From NCBI GenBank assembly GCA_004022145.1, contig RCNU01000012.1: a stretch of DNA of 64,000 nt, one strand, 5' to 3'. Made by a program: the position numbers and the translations under genes. Below, one piece after another: positions 26,149-39,052 of the stretch. The notes beneath the pieces were generated by a model that was not told the DNA's origin, did not search any database, and saw only the letters and a list, made by a program, of their open reading frames with translations. Source of the DNA: Paecilomyces variotii (taxonomy: Eukaryota). The stretch's first letter is position 1. Each line of letters begins with the position of its first letter.

Positions 26149-26716
26149 AACTGTCCTCCCTAATCGGAGCATTAGGGTTCGCTGGCAGCGCACATTCTTG
26201 ACAAATTCCTCTTCCAAGAGCTGCAAATGTCCGGGGTACGGTCCGCTCGGAGTCTTCCATCGGGAAAATCTGCGAACCCACAGGATCGTGACAAGCTCAC
26301 CTTCGTCGTCGTAGCGCCTGATATGTAACACCCGCCCGCCTTCGATGAGGCTGTGCAGGGTGTCAATGAAATCGTCTATTCGGCCAGTCCCTTTGTCCTC
26401 CAGGCGGAGGATCACTCTCTAACCGATATGCCATCGGCTGATTTTGCTGACTATGCAGACATCCGCGACGTCGCGGAGACACATCTCCTCGCGCACGGGA
26501 CCCCAACTGCGACTGGTAAGCGCATCCTCGTCGCTGCTGCGAACTAGAGCTAGCTACCAGACTGCGTGCGACATCATCCAGGCCGAGCTCCCCGAAGCTC
26601 AAGGACAAGGTGCCGGTGAGAAAGAGGACGTGCATCGTATTGATAACAGCAAGGCGAAGACCGCGCACTGTTTGAAGTTCAGATCAATCCGACAGATCCT
26701 GCGAAGACGCTATTAG
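26149..26716 (+). pseudogene. Pseudogene of an NAD(P)-dependent epimerase/Gre2-like aldehyde reductase
   Basis: Remnants read LIGALGFAG, VRGTVRS, DKLTFVVVAPDM*, AFDEAVQGVNEIVYSASPF, DIRDVAETHLLA, GKRIL and IDNSKAK. There are frameshifts, an in-frame TAA at 26326, and the central part is missing. Confidence 0.8.
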
Positions 26717-27483
26717 AATTGGAGAAAGAGTTGAGACAATCCATGCACATGCACATGCAACATGAGGAATATTGCGCATACTCTACTTGGTTCGAGAATA
26801 AAAAGCTGCGGGTACATACATACATACATACATAACTAGGACAAACAATAATCGACTAAAGCGGATCATAAATGTACATACATACATGACAAGCGGCACG
26901 GAAATATAGTGATACCACAACTAGTTATATCGGACTATAATTCCATACCATAAGTTACATAGTGCCCGGAATTAGGAATGTGATCCCCGGTCTCCACAGG
27001 CCGGAAGGAGATTTAAATTTAAAATAGCGGCTGAGGCTGCACACTAGCCATGGAGTTTTGACATCCGTGCGAGATGACGTATCGAATAGATATTTGCATT
27101 ACTTTTAAATCATTTGTTTCTTCAGAGTATGTATTATACCAAATCCACGAACTTAATTATGATCTTTGGATTGAATATACTATCATATTACGAACTACGT
27201 AGTTTGGTTTTCAATTAGAACGGGATATGTACAGTATGAAAAAAGTCGTATCTTCATTTTTTATTTCTAATATCGTCATCATAACCTCCGGAATAGGAGG
27301 TTCCTTTCCCGTTTCCGTAAAAAGCAGGAGGGTAAAAGGCATCAATATGTATCGTATCCTAGAATCTAGAACTCGCTAGCCAGGAACATCATTTTATCGT
27401 TGGTAAAACATGGCCTAGAGGCGCGAGACTGTACCGCATAGGCTCTAGTTCATGATGGGTGTGGGGAAATGGAGAAGCAAAAT

Positions 27484-29435
27484 CTAGCACACGGCGTGCG
27501 TCTTGCCGGTCTTACCCTGCAAGGAGTGCTTCTCGTTCTTGTAGTGCGGGTGAGTCTGGGTAACCTTACGGGAGCGCTTCACGAAGTGGCTCATGTGCCT
27601 GCATTAGTGAGAAAATCGATGCGTTAGCTTGGTCTATTCCATCTGAACAGACGATGAGGGGTCTTGTCATTGGCAGATTTTTGGCAAAGGAACGTAGACA
27701 CCGCAAGTTCTGCAGGATTGAAGCAAACGAAAACTCATGGACTTACTGCTTGTAGCGTTCGAGGTTGGCCTTGTCCATGGCCTCGAGGACCTGGAGGGCC
27801 AATTTGATGTCCTGAACCAGGCTGTCACAGCGGGCCTTGGTGAAATCTTCACGCACGACGACACGCATCAGCTTGAGCGCTTCGCTGTGCGGAGCCATGG
27901 TGTAGGCGGGAACAACCCAGCCGCGCTCACGGAGCTGGTGGGCAATAGCGAACTCATCGAAAACATGGTCCTTGGTCGGGTCGAGGCGGAAAGCCACCAG
28001 GGGCAGACCCTGTCCACGGCCTTCGCTCATGATGATGAAGCCGAGTTCCTTCAGCTGGGCAGCCAGGTAATCAGCAGTGCGGGTCAGGTTGACCATGATG
28101 GAGCGGTAGCCATGCTTGCCCAGGCGGATCATCTGGTAGTACTGGCCGATGACCTGGGAAGCTCCCTTGGAGAAGTTGAGGGTGAAACTGGCCTGGTCGG
28201 CACCGAGGTAGTTGATGTTGAAGACAAGTTCCTTGGGCAGGTATTCGGGGGATCGCCAAACAACCCAGCCAACACCGGGGTAGACCTGTTGACATGATCA
28301 GCACATTTTCGGGTATTGTTGCAAGCGGAGTAGCTCCTTACCAGACCGTACTTGTGTCCGGAGACGTTGATCGAGACAACTTTGGGAAGTCTGAAGTCCC
28401 ATTCCAAGCTGGGGTTGACAAAGGGAACAACGAAACCACCACTGGCAGCGTCGACGTGGATTGGGGTATCAAGTCCTCTCTCGATCAAGAGGTCGTTGAT
28501 GGCCTTGACGTCCTCGTACTGTCCGGTATAAGTGGTACCGATGATAGCACAGATACCGATAGTGTTCTCGTCGACGAGGTCGACAGCGGCCTTAGGGTCG
28601 ATGACGTAGCGGTCTTCCGTGCAGTAAACGTACTTCTCTTCGATGTCGAAGTAGCGCGCAGCCTTCTCCCAGCAAACCTGAACTGCACTGTTCATGACGA
28701 TGTTGGGTCTCGAGGTGTCCTTGCCCTCGGCCTTGCGCTTGTTCTGCCAGCGTCTCTTCATGGCGAGGGTTGCCAGCATGATGGCCTCTGAGGAACCAAC
28801 GGTGGAAGTGCCCATCGCGTGATCATCCTTGTCGTCCGTCGGGGCGTTGAACAGTCTGGCGATCATGTTGACACAGCGGTTCTGGATCTCTGCGGTCTGC
28901 GGGTACTCCTCATAGTCGATGAAGTTCTTGCTGAACGACTCGCACATGAGCTTCTCGACCTCCTCTTCCTGCATAATTGGTGAGCATAGTCGCATTTTGA
29001 GGCAGCGTCACGCCGTGTTTAGCGCAACAATTGAACAACATACCATGTATGTGGTGACGAAACTCGCCAGGCTATAGTCAGGAAACCAGTCAGCATTTCG
29101 GTTCTTAGAGCATGTAGAAATATCACCAGCCTGCGATTCCACGCTGTGGCCCTAAAACATGAGGAAACCATGGGAAGGGAAGGTTCTTACTTGAGCATTG
29201 GGTTACCATCCAAACTCAATTCATCCTTGATCATCCGGTAGGCGACATCACGAGGCATCTCCTTCTCGGGCATCTCGGTAGACGGCAGCTGCTCGATAGC
29301 AAAGCGGGAACCGTAGACACTCGAGTAGAACGCATCTTCACCCTGCGGGGCATCCAGACTCAGAGTCTCGACACCTTCGCTGAGCGAGCGAGTCAGGGCT
29401 TCAGAGTCCTTCTTGACGGGGGCGAGGTGCACCAT
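27484..29435 (-). CDS. gad1: Glutamate decarboxylase (PLP-dependent), 5 exons, about 517 aa
   Basis: Exons 29435-29191, 29071-29044, 28968-28342, 28285-27747 and 27598-27484 splice in frame. Motifs [30 protein letters not shown] (PLP lysine) and the C-terminus [10 protein letters not shown]. Confidence 0.97.
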
Positions 29436-31207
29436 CTTGTCTCGTTTTCTTGATCGGCGGTTACTTGATTGTGAGGGCGCGGTAAGCTAGGAGTGGGGAG
29501 AGAGAGTAATCAGGGAGGTTTAACAAAGAACGTGCTGAATTGAGTTCCAGCAACGACAGACAGCAGAAACAAAAGAAGCAGAATTGAAAGAATGCCGCAG
29601 AGGACTCTTTATAAGCCTGGTCCGTTTCCAGCCACTCTACACCTGGAGGGGCATCCTGTTGAGCTCGCGCAGACCGGTTCCGTTGCCTCGAGGGGCGCTG
29701 GAGGTGGGGAAAGTTAATCAAGTGGATGATCTCGACGTCGTCTACGAGTCGATTCGCGTTGGACATGGTGGACAGTCGTCCCGATCACGATCCGCGGGCG
29801 AATATCAGAGCTGGACAGGCTGTCAGATATGCAGTAGTCTGCCGCGCGATGTTTCGCATCCAGTATGGCTGCGTGTCGGCCAGATCGATGATACGCGTTC
29901 TAGGCCAGTCACCATCTATCTACGAGCCTGTACGCAGGGCCATTACGGATAAATGTCTCAGTGGTGATTGTTGCCGCTGATGGCTAGAATACAAGCTTCT
30001 GCTTGCTGCCGCCCTAGCAGGGTAAAGCACAAGGGTTGAGATGAGCTCTGTATCATGTTTTGTTTCACGAGCTTGCTAGCCCAAGAAGCTGTCAACGCGG
30101 GGTGGGGAGAAAGAAGATGATGAGGGGTCATCTCGGGAGCTCAGGGACACCAAGCGCAGTGCCACAACAGAACCAGGAGGCTAGCCACGGTTGCAAAGAG
30201 ACATCCGGTACAATTATGAAGGTCCCCATACGAGCAGTCTGCTATCCAGCAACTTGTGGCATGAGATGGGGCTGCAAAAGTTTGCTCTCAGCTTTCACCC
30301 GCTAGGTAGCCAAGTGCAACAGCATTATTATAGACTTCAACGTGGGAACTTGGAAGCATCATCCGTCCCGGCACCCGGCTGCTAAGCCACTCCTTTCACG
30401 CCAACTCAATCAGATAACATCGAGCGTTGCAAGCGCCGTCTAGTCCTTTGGATACATTGAATACGATCTCAGCCCGTCCCATCCAGTGGCTCCGGGGCAC
30501 CGGCGCCGCCACTCGAGTGGTTGATCATGATTCTCTGGAAAACAGAAAAAAGCACCAGCTTTCCTGCGGGGTTAATGACGGTATCTATCCAAGAGATCTC
30601 CCTGGCTGCGAGCCTGTGAGGACTAGTCGCTCAAGTCCAATGGATCGCTGCTCGTGGTCCTCGCCTGTGTTTTCCGGACGATGCTGGTAGTGTGGCATGG
30701 AACGAGACGTGTCTTCCTGACAGCCTAGCAGATGGGCATAGCGGGTATACCGTACTGCCATGCTGTGGTTCTCGTGGCCCTTGGGTTTCGGTAGATGGCG
30801 GCATATCGAAAGGACATACGAGAGTATCGTAAGTATGTGATGTTGGCTGGGATGGTAGGATACCAGTGCTGGAATAGAAATGTCGGGTTCGTACGGTAGA
30901 TATGTTGCGTTGCAGTAACTAGCACATCCACAGATTCCCGAAAATATATATAACAAATCGCTACAAGAACAAACACAAGAAAGATGGGAACACAATTCGA
31001 CGCTATAAACCCATAAAGGAATAAAATAGAAAATAACAATACAAAATAGCCACATTCTAATATATAACGACCAATGCTTAGCCCGACATAAAAACCATCT
31101 AATTCTAGACAATAATCCGACATAATTAACTACTCGTGAAAAACACACAAAATAACACATGTTCTCTGTTTGATAAATCCAAACACACACAAAACAATCA
31201 CCAGAAA

Positions 31208-31280
31208 GGGCTTGTAGTGTAGGGGTTATCGCGCCCGTTTTGCATACGGGAGGTCCCGGGTTCAATTCCCGGCGAGTCCA
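31208..31280 (+). tRNA. tRNA-Ala (anticodon TGC)
   Basis: Cloverleaf with acceptor GGGCTTG/CGAGTCC containing the G3:U70 alanine identity pair, anticodon arm CCCGT-TTTGCAT-ACGGG and T-loop GGTTCAATTCC. Confidence 0.95.
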
Positions 31281-32327
31281 TTTCTAAAATTTCAAAAATA
31301 ATTCGAATACGAATTATTCTTTTTTTTCCCCTCTCTCCCTTCGCAACTCACCTCATCTTTTAATCTCCTCTTCTTTTTTTTTTCTTTGTCTCTACTCGTC
31401 AGAATCATACTGTCGATTTTTCATGCATGGACTCTTACGCTGGCGAAGTCTAAAGTGCGACTGAGGGGATTGGATTCTCTAGTTACTTATTCAGGTGCCG
31501 AACAACTGTTTCAAATCGTCCCTGTCTACTCGAATTACTCCGCGAATGACAGGTGAGAAACCTGTCTGGTGTGCTGTGAAATTCAGGCTTTATCGTTAGA
31601 GCACAAGAGTAGCTATCTATAGACATGTGCACGGAGGAAAGACTACGAGTGGCGGTGTGAAGTGGAGGTCAATCTAGCTAGTAGTGATAAGCCATGCCTG
31701 TTAATCGATGGAGCAACTGCTCGATCGATGTTCGAATTTATTTATTCCCTTCCAAAAGCGAACATTCTTGCATTTGATAATAATTCTAGTTTCTCCAAAG
31801 TCACGGCCTCTCATCCATCATTAACATTACTACTATATCTTTGAGCGTTATTGTACACTTCCCTTGCCTGCCATGAAAAGCGCAGCGCCCTTATACCCGA
31901 GAGATCGCGCAATGGCCATCATCACTGCAGGTCCCGCGATCAACGAGTATGACAGATGATCCGTCGCATGAGGATATCCACCGCAACCCATATCCAAGCC
32001 CAACAAATACAGAACAAGATAATACATGTCGTTCAACAAGCAGAGAAATTCCATAATCGTGACCCATGGCCATCACTGACATGACGCTTCGCCTTGACTG
32101 GCAGTCGTCGTTTGGATGCCACGTTATCCGACAACTCCGCACATCGATACCAGTCAAGAGTCTCTATTGACCACCCTAGTCTCGTGGACCCAACACTAGG
32201 ATTCGAAGCTCGAACCAATTCGACACCAAGAGAGGAAGAACTTAGAAGTGTTAACATCAACACTGCAGGGCATGAGCCGGCTGCTGCTCTGCAGCCCTAT
32301 CACTTGGCTGCCGTTACCAGGCTGTGT

Positions 32328-34319
32328 CTAGGCCTTGTCTCCCTTGATCTTGCGCTTTAGCCAGCCGAACAGGCCGCCTTTCTTGCGCTTCTCAAGCTCC
32401 GCCGTCTTGTTCTCCAATTCGGCCGCCTTCTCTTGAGCCTGAGCAATAGTCGACTGCAGCTGGCTGACGTTGGGAACGTCGCCACCAGCCTTCTTTCCCT
32501 CAAGGGACGCGTCCCGAGCGGCTGCGTCCTCAGTAGGCTTGGTTTCTCCAGAGACTGGGCCAGTTGTGGTCGCCTGGCCTGCTGCTTCCTGGGACTGCAG
32601 TCCAGCAGCCACGGCACCGGGGCCAGCCGGACCAGCAGGAGCAGCGGAGCTAGGAGCCAGTGTGGCACTCTTATCTTCAGATGCAATGAGCGCCGGGATC
32701 GGAGTCGAAGGCGTGCCGTTAGCTACAGAGCCTGGCGCCTGTTCCTTTGTCACCGCAGCAGCGGGCTCAGTGATCGGTTGCCGTTCAGCCTCAGCACCGT
32801 TGGTCTCGACAGGGACGGTGGCAGTTGCAGTAGAGAAGTCAGGAACCTCTTCCTTCGTGACAGCAACGGCGGGAGATGCAGCCGGCTCAGTGACCTTTTG
32901 CGCTTCAAGTTCAGACTCCTTGTTACCTTCAGGGACTGTAGCCGCCGCCGCCGCCGGAGCAGCAACCGCCGGGGCAGTTCCCCCGGTTGCTGCCGCAGCA
33001 ATCGGCAAGCCGTTCGTGGAAGTGTCCCGAGATTCAGTGGCACTGATGGCAGAGGTCTGAGTCGTTGGCTGTGTCTCGAGGTCCTTCGAGGTTTCTCCGG
33101 ATTCTAGCCCAGGCACCTCTAGCGGCGCTCCAGCTGCAGCAACACCGGCTGTTGAAAGCTCTGTGCCAGCGGCTGTATGCTTCTGATAGTCTTCTTGAAT
33201 GTCAGAGACATTGGCAGTCTTGGAGGAGTCTGGGATAGACTGGACAGCATTACCGCCGGGAAGAGCCGACACTGCAGCGGCGCTCGAGTCCTGCCCCGAG
33301 GGTGTTCCTGGGTAGGTCCCCGGCATGCCATCCTGTAGTACACCGTTAGCCTTGGCTGGGGCTGCGACATCAGCAGAGTCATCGACCTTTGGCATCTTGT
33401 ATGGTTTGGTCTCGTCCTGGATGAGCGGGGAGGTCTCATATGGACGCTTCGCATGCGGTTCTACAGCCGATAACTCAACCGCAGCAGCGCTGCCCGCTGT
33501 CTCTTCGCTGCCCTGGGCCTCCTTCGACTTTGGTCTCTCGGCCAACGTGGTGCCTGCAACTGCTGTAACTGCGCCACCCGCAACTGCGGATCCCACCAGA
33601 GGTGCTTCTGTCGAACGCGAGGACTCGAGCTCCTCTGTTGGCACCTGTCTCGACAGATCCTCCGTGACTGGAGCGGCGAGCGACTCATTGGCAGCTGTAG
33701 TCTCAGCAGGAGCAACCTCCTTCGTCTCTGCGGGCACAACCTCTTCAGTCACCGGGGCAGCTGCCTCTGTGTCCTTAACGGATTCGCCAGCAACAGCAGC
33801 GCCCGCAACGCCCGCAACTCCTGCACCTCCAGCGGCTAGGAACAGGTTAGTATCTGGCTGGAAAGTTGGTTGTGTATGCCTAGAAGTCTCTCCTCACCTG
33901 TCTTCTCGGCCGTAGTAGGCTCTTCTTCAGATTCTGCTTGGCTAGTCTCGGACTCTTGCGTCTTGCTCACGGCTTCCTGTTGTTCCGACGTCGCCGCAGC
34001 TGTTTCAGGCGCTGCAGATGGAACCTTGGTCGAGGTCGTACCAGCAGCAGCAACAGCTTCGGGGGCATCCTGAGTCGCAGCGGCACTGGCTTCACCGTCA
34101 CCGTACAGGACGCGATCTTCCACGGCGTGTCCTGGGCTTCTGCAGAGATAATCAGCATTCAGTTCCATGCCGTCGCGTTTTTCATGCAGCGTGGAAGCAC
34201 GATTGCCAGGGTGCAACTAACACGATGTTCTTCACGTCAACGCCTTTCTTCGCGGCTCCTCCACCACCGCCGCTCTTGCCCTTGTTGCCCTTTCCCTTCT
34301 TTCCTCCTTTCTTCGCCAT
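32328..34319 (-). CDS. Ala/Thr/Glu/Pro-rich low-complexity protein with Lys/Gly-rich N-terminus and basic C-terminus; 3 exons
   Basis: ATG at 34319 (MAKKGGKKGKGNKGKSGGGGG). Introns at about 34220-34140 and about 33897-33837 join the ORFs 33836..34216 and 32328..33752. Ends KKGGLFGWLKRKIKGDKA. Confidence 0.8.
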
Positions 34320-37300
34320 TGCGCTTGGGGTATGTTGTGTTGGCGCTGGGAGGTCGAATTCAAGATTGCCTTCTCGAGCGAGAACAGCGGTAATTACTCA
34401 ACAGATGTGACCTTTGAAGTTGTCGCGTGTCCGAACGTTGCGGAGGGTTGAGGGTACTAGTAACCGTTCGGGTGAAATGCGGTAGGGGATCGACAAAAAA
34501 CGGTCGAAGTCAACGGCGCTGGTTGAGTCCCAATTTGCGCGCCGATCCGAGAAAGATTGCGAAGCTGGGAATGAGATGGTTCGAACAGACAGAACAGAAC
34601 AGAAAGAGTTGAGTGAGTGAGTTGAAGGCGAAAGGGAACAACCGAAAGCTTCGCGACAGATCACATGAGCAGAGAGAGTCTCTCTTTGCGGATCGCAATT
34701 ACGCTTTTCCAAGGGCGACCTTTTTTTTGGCCTTTTTGGTTTTTGCCAGATCGCATCGCATCGGAAACGGGCGCATCCCTCGATTGAAAACAGTTTAGTG
34801 AACGACGCCATTCTGTGTCTTCTACGAGTCAGAATCAAATCCCTCTCTGGCAGTGGATTGTTCTCCGGATTCCGGCCGCACGCGTCAGTACTTCTTACTT
34901 CTTTATTGGGAGAGTTCAACTTCTTGATTGTGCGATTCTAAATTTATCACTCGATCCATTAAATCAATCAATCAAGTAGTTAATAATAATGACTGGTTTT
35001 AATAATAATATTATTATTTCTATTATTCATATTGAACCAAATGAAAGTCCAGACTTTCTAGCATCATGTAAGTAATATTACAGTAATTACAGTAATTAAT
35101 AACGGAACACGGTGGCCTTTGCCGCTTCTGCAAGGGCCGTGATATCTCTCATTGGTTGATCCTGACAGAATAACTGCCCCACTTTGTCTAGTCATGTGTA
35201 GAAGTTAGGGAAGAAGCCCTAGAATACTACTACTTAACTAGGTATGTTACAGATGTTATGCCTAAGTGCTATTTATTATTATATGGTACAATGGTATATA
35301 TATATATATATATAGAATCCAGAGAGAGTACTTTCTAAAAATATATAATTTATGCAAGACAAATTAAAGTAAAGTAGGTATCATGCGAGTTCCCGGCCAC
35401 GATATATCATCATCAATGTCAGATCGAGATTATCTCTCTCTCTTTCTAAAGATAAGCAGTAGACTAGTTATTTATTCCACGCGCGATAGACATTGTCCTG
35501 ATAAGCTAGACCAGACCAGATCAGTTCAAAGGATGCCTCTCGGTCTGTTTTACCGACGGAAGGTCCTGACCTATTATCACAGACTACAGACCAAGCGATG
35601 GGAGGGGGATGGGGTCAAGTCAGATGTATCATGCAGGGCGTCGCTGGTCCTGGTCCGATCGATTCTGGCAACTAGCTAGACAAGGGCAGGATCGGAAGCC
35701 GGCCTTTCTTGCTCAGAGCATGACAAGCATGTGCTTGCGCTATCAGATAGTACCACATAACTACTAATGCTCAACGTATTCGGGAAATTATGATCATATG
35801 GATAGTTTATACTAGTTACCATATTGGGACATGTGCAGTTAGTAGTCATAAAAGTAATATCTCCTGCCTGATAGTACCCAGTACGCTGTGGGAGAATGAT
35901 AGTTGCCTAATAATATCGGGCACTAAAATCACTTCTCTCCTCTGCAGGTTCCAAGGTTGCAGTACATCTGGAGTGGCAGCATCCATTGGTCTTTAGCCAT
36001 GTTGAAGCCAAGGGTGCTACTGGAGGCTTGGAAGTGGACTACACACAATGACGAGAGGACAAAATGTAAACACTCTGTAGATAACTAACTCACTTAAAGC
36101 GTTCGTCTTGCTGATCAACAGCATTCCTCTCTTGATCTGGCGGGCGTGACCGCCGTAATTGATACTGGCGGTATTCTACTCCAAAGAGTATTTTGGGCTG
36201 CCTCCAGTCTAAGGCTTCAAGCGCAGAAATAGACCCTGTCATGGAAGCCGACATCTGCCCGTTCTGACAGATAGACGTTGTCTATTTACACAAACCCCCG
36301 GTTGTAGGCGCCTTGGTATAACAAGCCTGCTGCAACTTACACGGATTTGGTCAGCTCTCCACGGCATGAGAAGAAGATGGAAGAACCTCACCCAGAGCTC
36401 TTCACCGAGAATCAATGAATATCGATTCCACCTTCCTCTTTCAAGGAGCTACATACCATCCTGCATGTAAGACAGGTTGAGGGCAGTAACTGAAACGCCG
36501 ATCTTTTCTTTCGCACGGGGGAAGAGTCGGCGACAGGGTAATTAACTAGCACTAGTCTGCTACTAGTGACATCTCTATCAGGAGAAGTTGAAGGCACGGA
36601 CCGAAGCGAAGTTCTTTGCGTTACGTCCCTTCCGGGGTCTCCACAGGTTTGCACTCCGCGGGTTTATTATTATTTGCGGATGACGTTAGAATCGATAGTA
36701 AGCCGTATGCTTCGCTTGCTAGAAAGAGGTCCTCCAGAACGTGGTCGGGCTGGGGGGACCCTCGGGTGCTCAGTATCCGAGACTTGAGCTCCAAATGGTT
36801 GCAAAGAGGAAAGTCGATCCCTCGTTTCGAGATGATTAGAGTATAGGAAGTAGTAAGTAATTGTGTTCGGCACCGAAAGCTAAGGTCCTCATTGCGTCTC
36901 GTAGAGTAGTAGCTGTCTGTCAGGCGGCTCAGGCCTGTCAGCGGCATATGATCCACGACTATCATTAGGGCGCCGTTAGACTTGCATCCGGGGAAGCAAG
37001 TAGATACAGAGAGCCGTCTCCGTCTGACCAACATTCATAGTACGAAATTGCATGGGCCGCTCTGTACCCCGTATTCATCAAGATGCCCCCCGTAGCGACT
37101 AGCAATCACTGGATCTCGGATAAATTGGTCCATGACCAACGCATGTAGCCAAATCAATCGATTCCAGTCGGTTGGAAAAAAGGCATGATATCAGCTGAGC
37201 AGAGAACGGGTAATTTATTACCCAACGGGAATCACAACCTCATCGAGGTCGTTGATCATGATGTAGGATTGACTGGAATCTTTCACATAGGTCCATTCCC

Positions 37301-38362
37301 CAGAAGCTAAGACAGACCATCGGCTTCTGTCTGTTCTCTTGTACCGGAATATGGCGGAACACGCGCTCAGAAGAACGATGCTCCTTAGTTAGTCCTCGCT
37401 ATCGCGGAGACGCAAATCAGAATATGATGCAGGACTGTTGGGTCGGAAGTTACTACCGAGTCTACAGGCTGCTCCTGCTTATAAACACCATAGATTTGCC
37501 CCTCCCCTAGCCTTACCCGGCGGAGACGCAGAGAGACTGAAAGGAAAAAGATCAAAAGTCAGGCATAAGGGTTAGTTAGCGATGTATCTAGTGGAACCCA
37601 GCCTCAGCTGCATGTTTGGCCAGGGATGTCTCTTGCCATCTGCCTCACTACGTCTTTCCGCCAGACTTCAATCTTTAGCACCGGCCATCGTCCTGCGGAG
37701 GCCCACGGCGGGTCAGGTCGCGATCACGATTGCGTGGGATAAAGAATCCGCTGTAGGCCGTTAGGGGGGCATACCCTGCTAAGGAACCGGTCGAGTGAAA
37801 ATAGGTTAAGCCAGCGCCGCTAAGTTAGTTAAAGCTATTAAAGCCTTAAAGCAGGGTTACGGGAGCGGAATGTGCGCGGTGGGAAAGGATGTAACTAACT
37901 ATCGCTCGATTTCTTTGTCAGTCGCAAGCAGCAAAGAAGAAAGAAAAAAAAGAAGAGACAAAAAAAAGAGCAGTTAGGTCCACACCGGTGATTACAGTGT
38001 CGAATCCAGATGTGACTCTTCTATTGGGTCTCCGAAGTTGCTAGTTATTTTTGTCCATGGCTGGCTGGTGTTCCCCTTTTCTCTCTCTCGCTGTTCAGGT
38101 CTTGCCTGCGTGATTATCAAATGATTGATTGCCCCTCGGAATTCTGCCAATAAAGCTACCATTTCTTTGCTGTCACTAAATCCATAGTAAATACATTATT
38201 GGCACTTCCAGGTCGCGCTTCCTCCTTAGCCACCATCCTTCTTCCTGCTTGTCGCATCAACCTTAAAACAACGTCAACGCAAAAGCCAAAGATCATATGC
38301 AAAGACAGCAAGATATATCAAACACGAGTGAGAGACAACCCTCGTCGAAACCGCCTGTCACG

Positions 38363-38654
38363 ATGTCGGACACTTCGTCTCCCAGAGAGCGAAAACTCTC
38401 CGATGAAAGCGAGGCAAGTGCCTACGGAGATGAGGATCTTAACCTCGCCAATTATCAACACTGCTGGGACAAAATCTATCGACATACCATCCGCCAGATA
38501 GAACAAATCAAAGGTCTGATGAGCTTGCATTTCGTTCCCCAGCCACGTAAATCTCGATAGAGATGAAGGGATCACGTTACTAACTCTTGTGACCACAGAG
38601 ATCGAAAGAATTGCTTTCTTTGGAATTCCGTCCCAAGAGGATCAGAAGGACTGA
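38363..38654 (+). CDS. Putative small protein (79 aa), 2 exons, no recognisable family
   Basis: MSDTSSPRERKLSDESE.. followed by a GTAAAT..ACTAAC..CAG intron at 38547-38598, which gives an in-frame second exon QIERIAFFGIPSQEDQKD*. Confidence 0.5.
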
Positions 38655-39052
38655 TGTCTCTTGTCTTGCCTGAACTTCCTTAATCTTTATGCTCTTTTGT
38701 TTTCTCGTCGATCTCAATAGTCCCACGACTCACATGCTTCTATTGGAGCACAGCATAATCCTGACTGGCGGGTTATTCCCTTCGCCACGTTCTTCTTTTC
38801 TTGGTGTTATTGGTCGGCTTTTCTTCAGGACGGAGTACTTTCGGAAATTTCATGATTCTGCATCTCGTCGTGGCGCAAAACTTGTTTTTGAGATAGAAAC
38901 GGGGACGAACGACAGGCAACGAGAGACTCTTGAAACGGACAACAGAGTTGAGGCGCTGAGCGGGTATATAGGCGCCAGGAGTGTGGTGTATCTTCTTGAG
39001 CATTATCTGTTACACTCGTCATATCATTCGAGATTCGAATCAAGGTCTGCTT

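Noticed and set aside
27737-28791. Long plus-strand ORFs opposite GAD (and similar ones opposite cpyA, RPS18 and the 32-34 kb gene)
   Set aside because: These are antisense shadows caused by the codon bias of real genes.
30585-31265. 226-aa hydrophobic minus-strand ORF
   Set aside because: It overlaps the tRNA-Ala gene and an A-rich flank. The composition explains the open frame, and it has no motifs.
36400-37034. Cluster of short overlapping ORFs in a long intergenic region
   Set aside because: I found no recognisable protein motif or consistent splice model.
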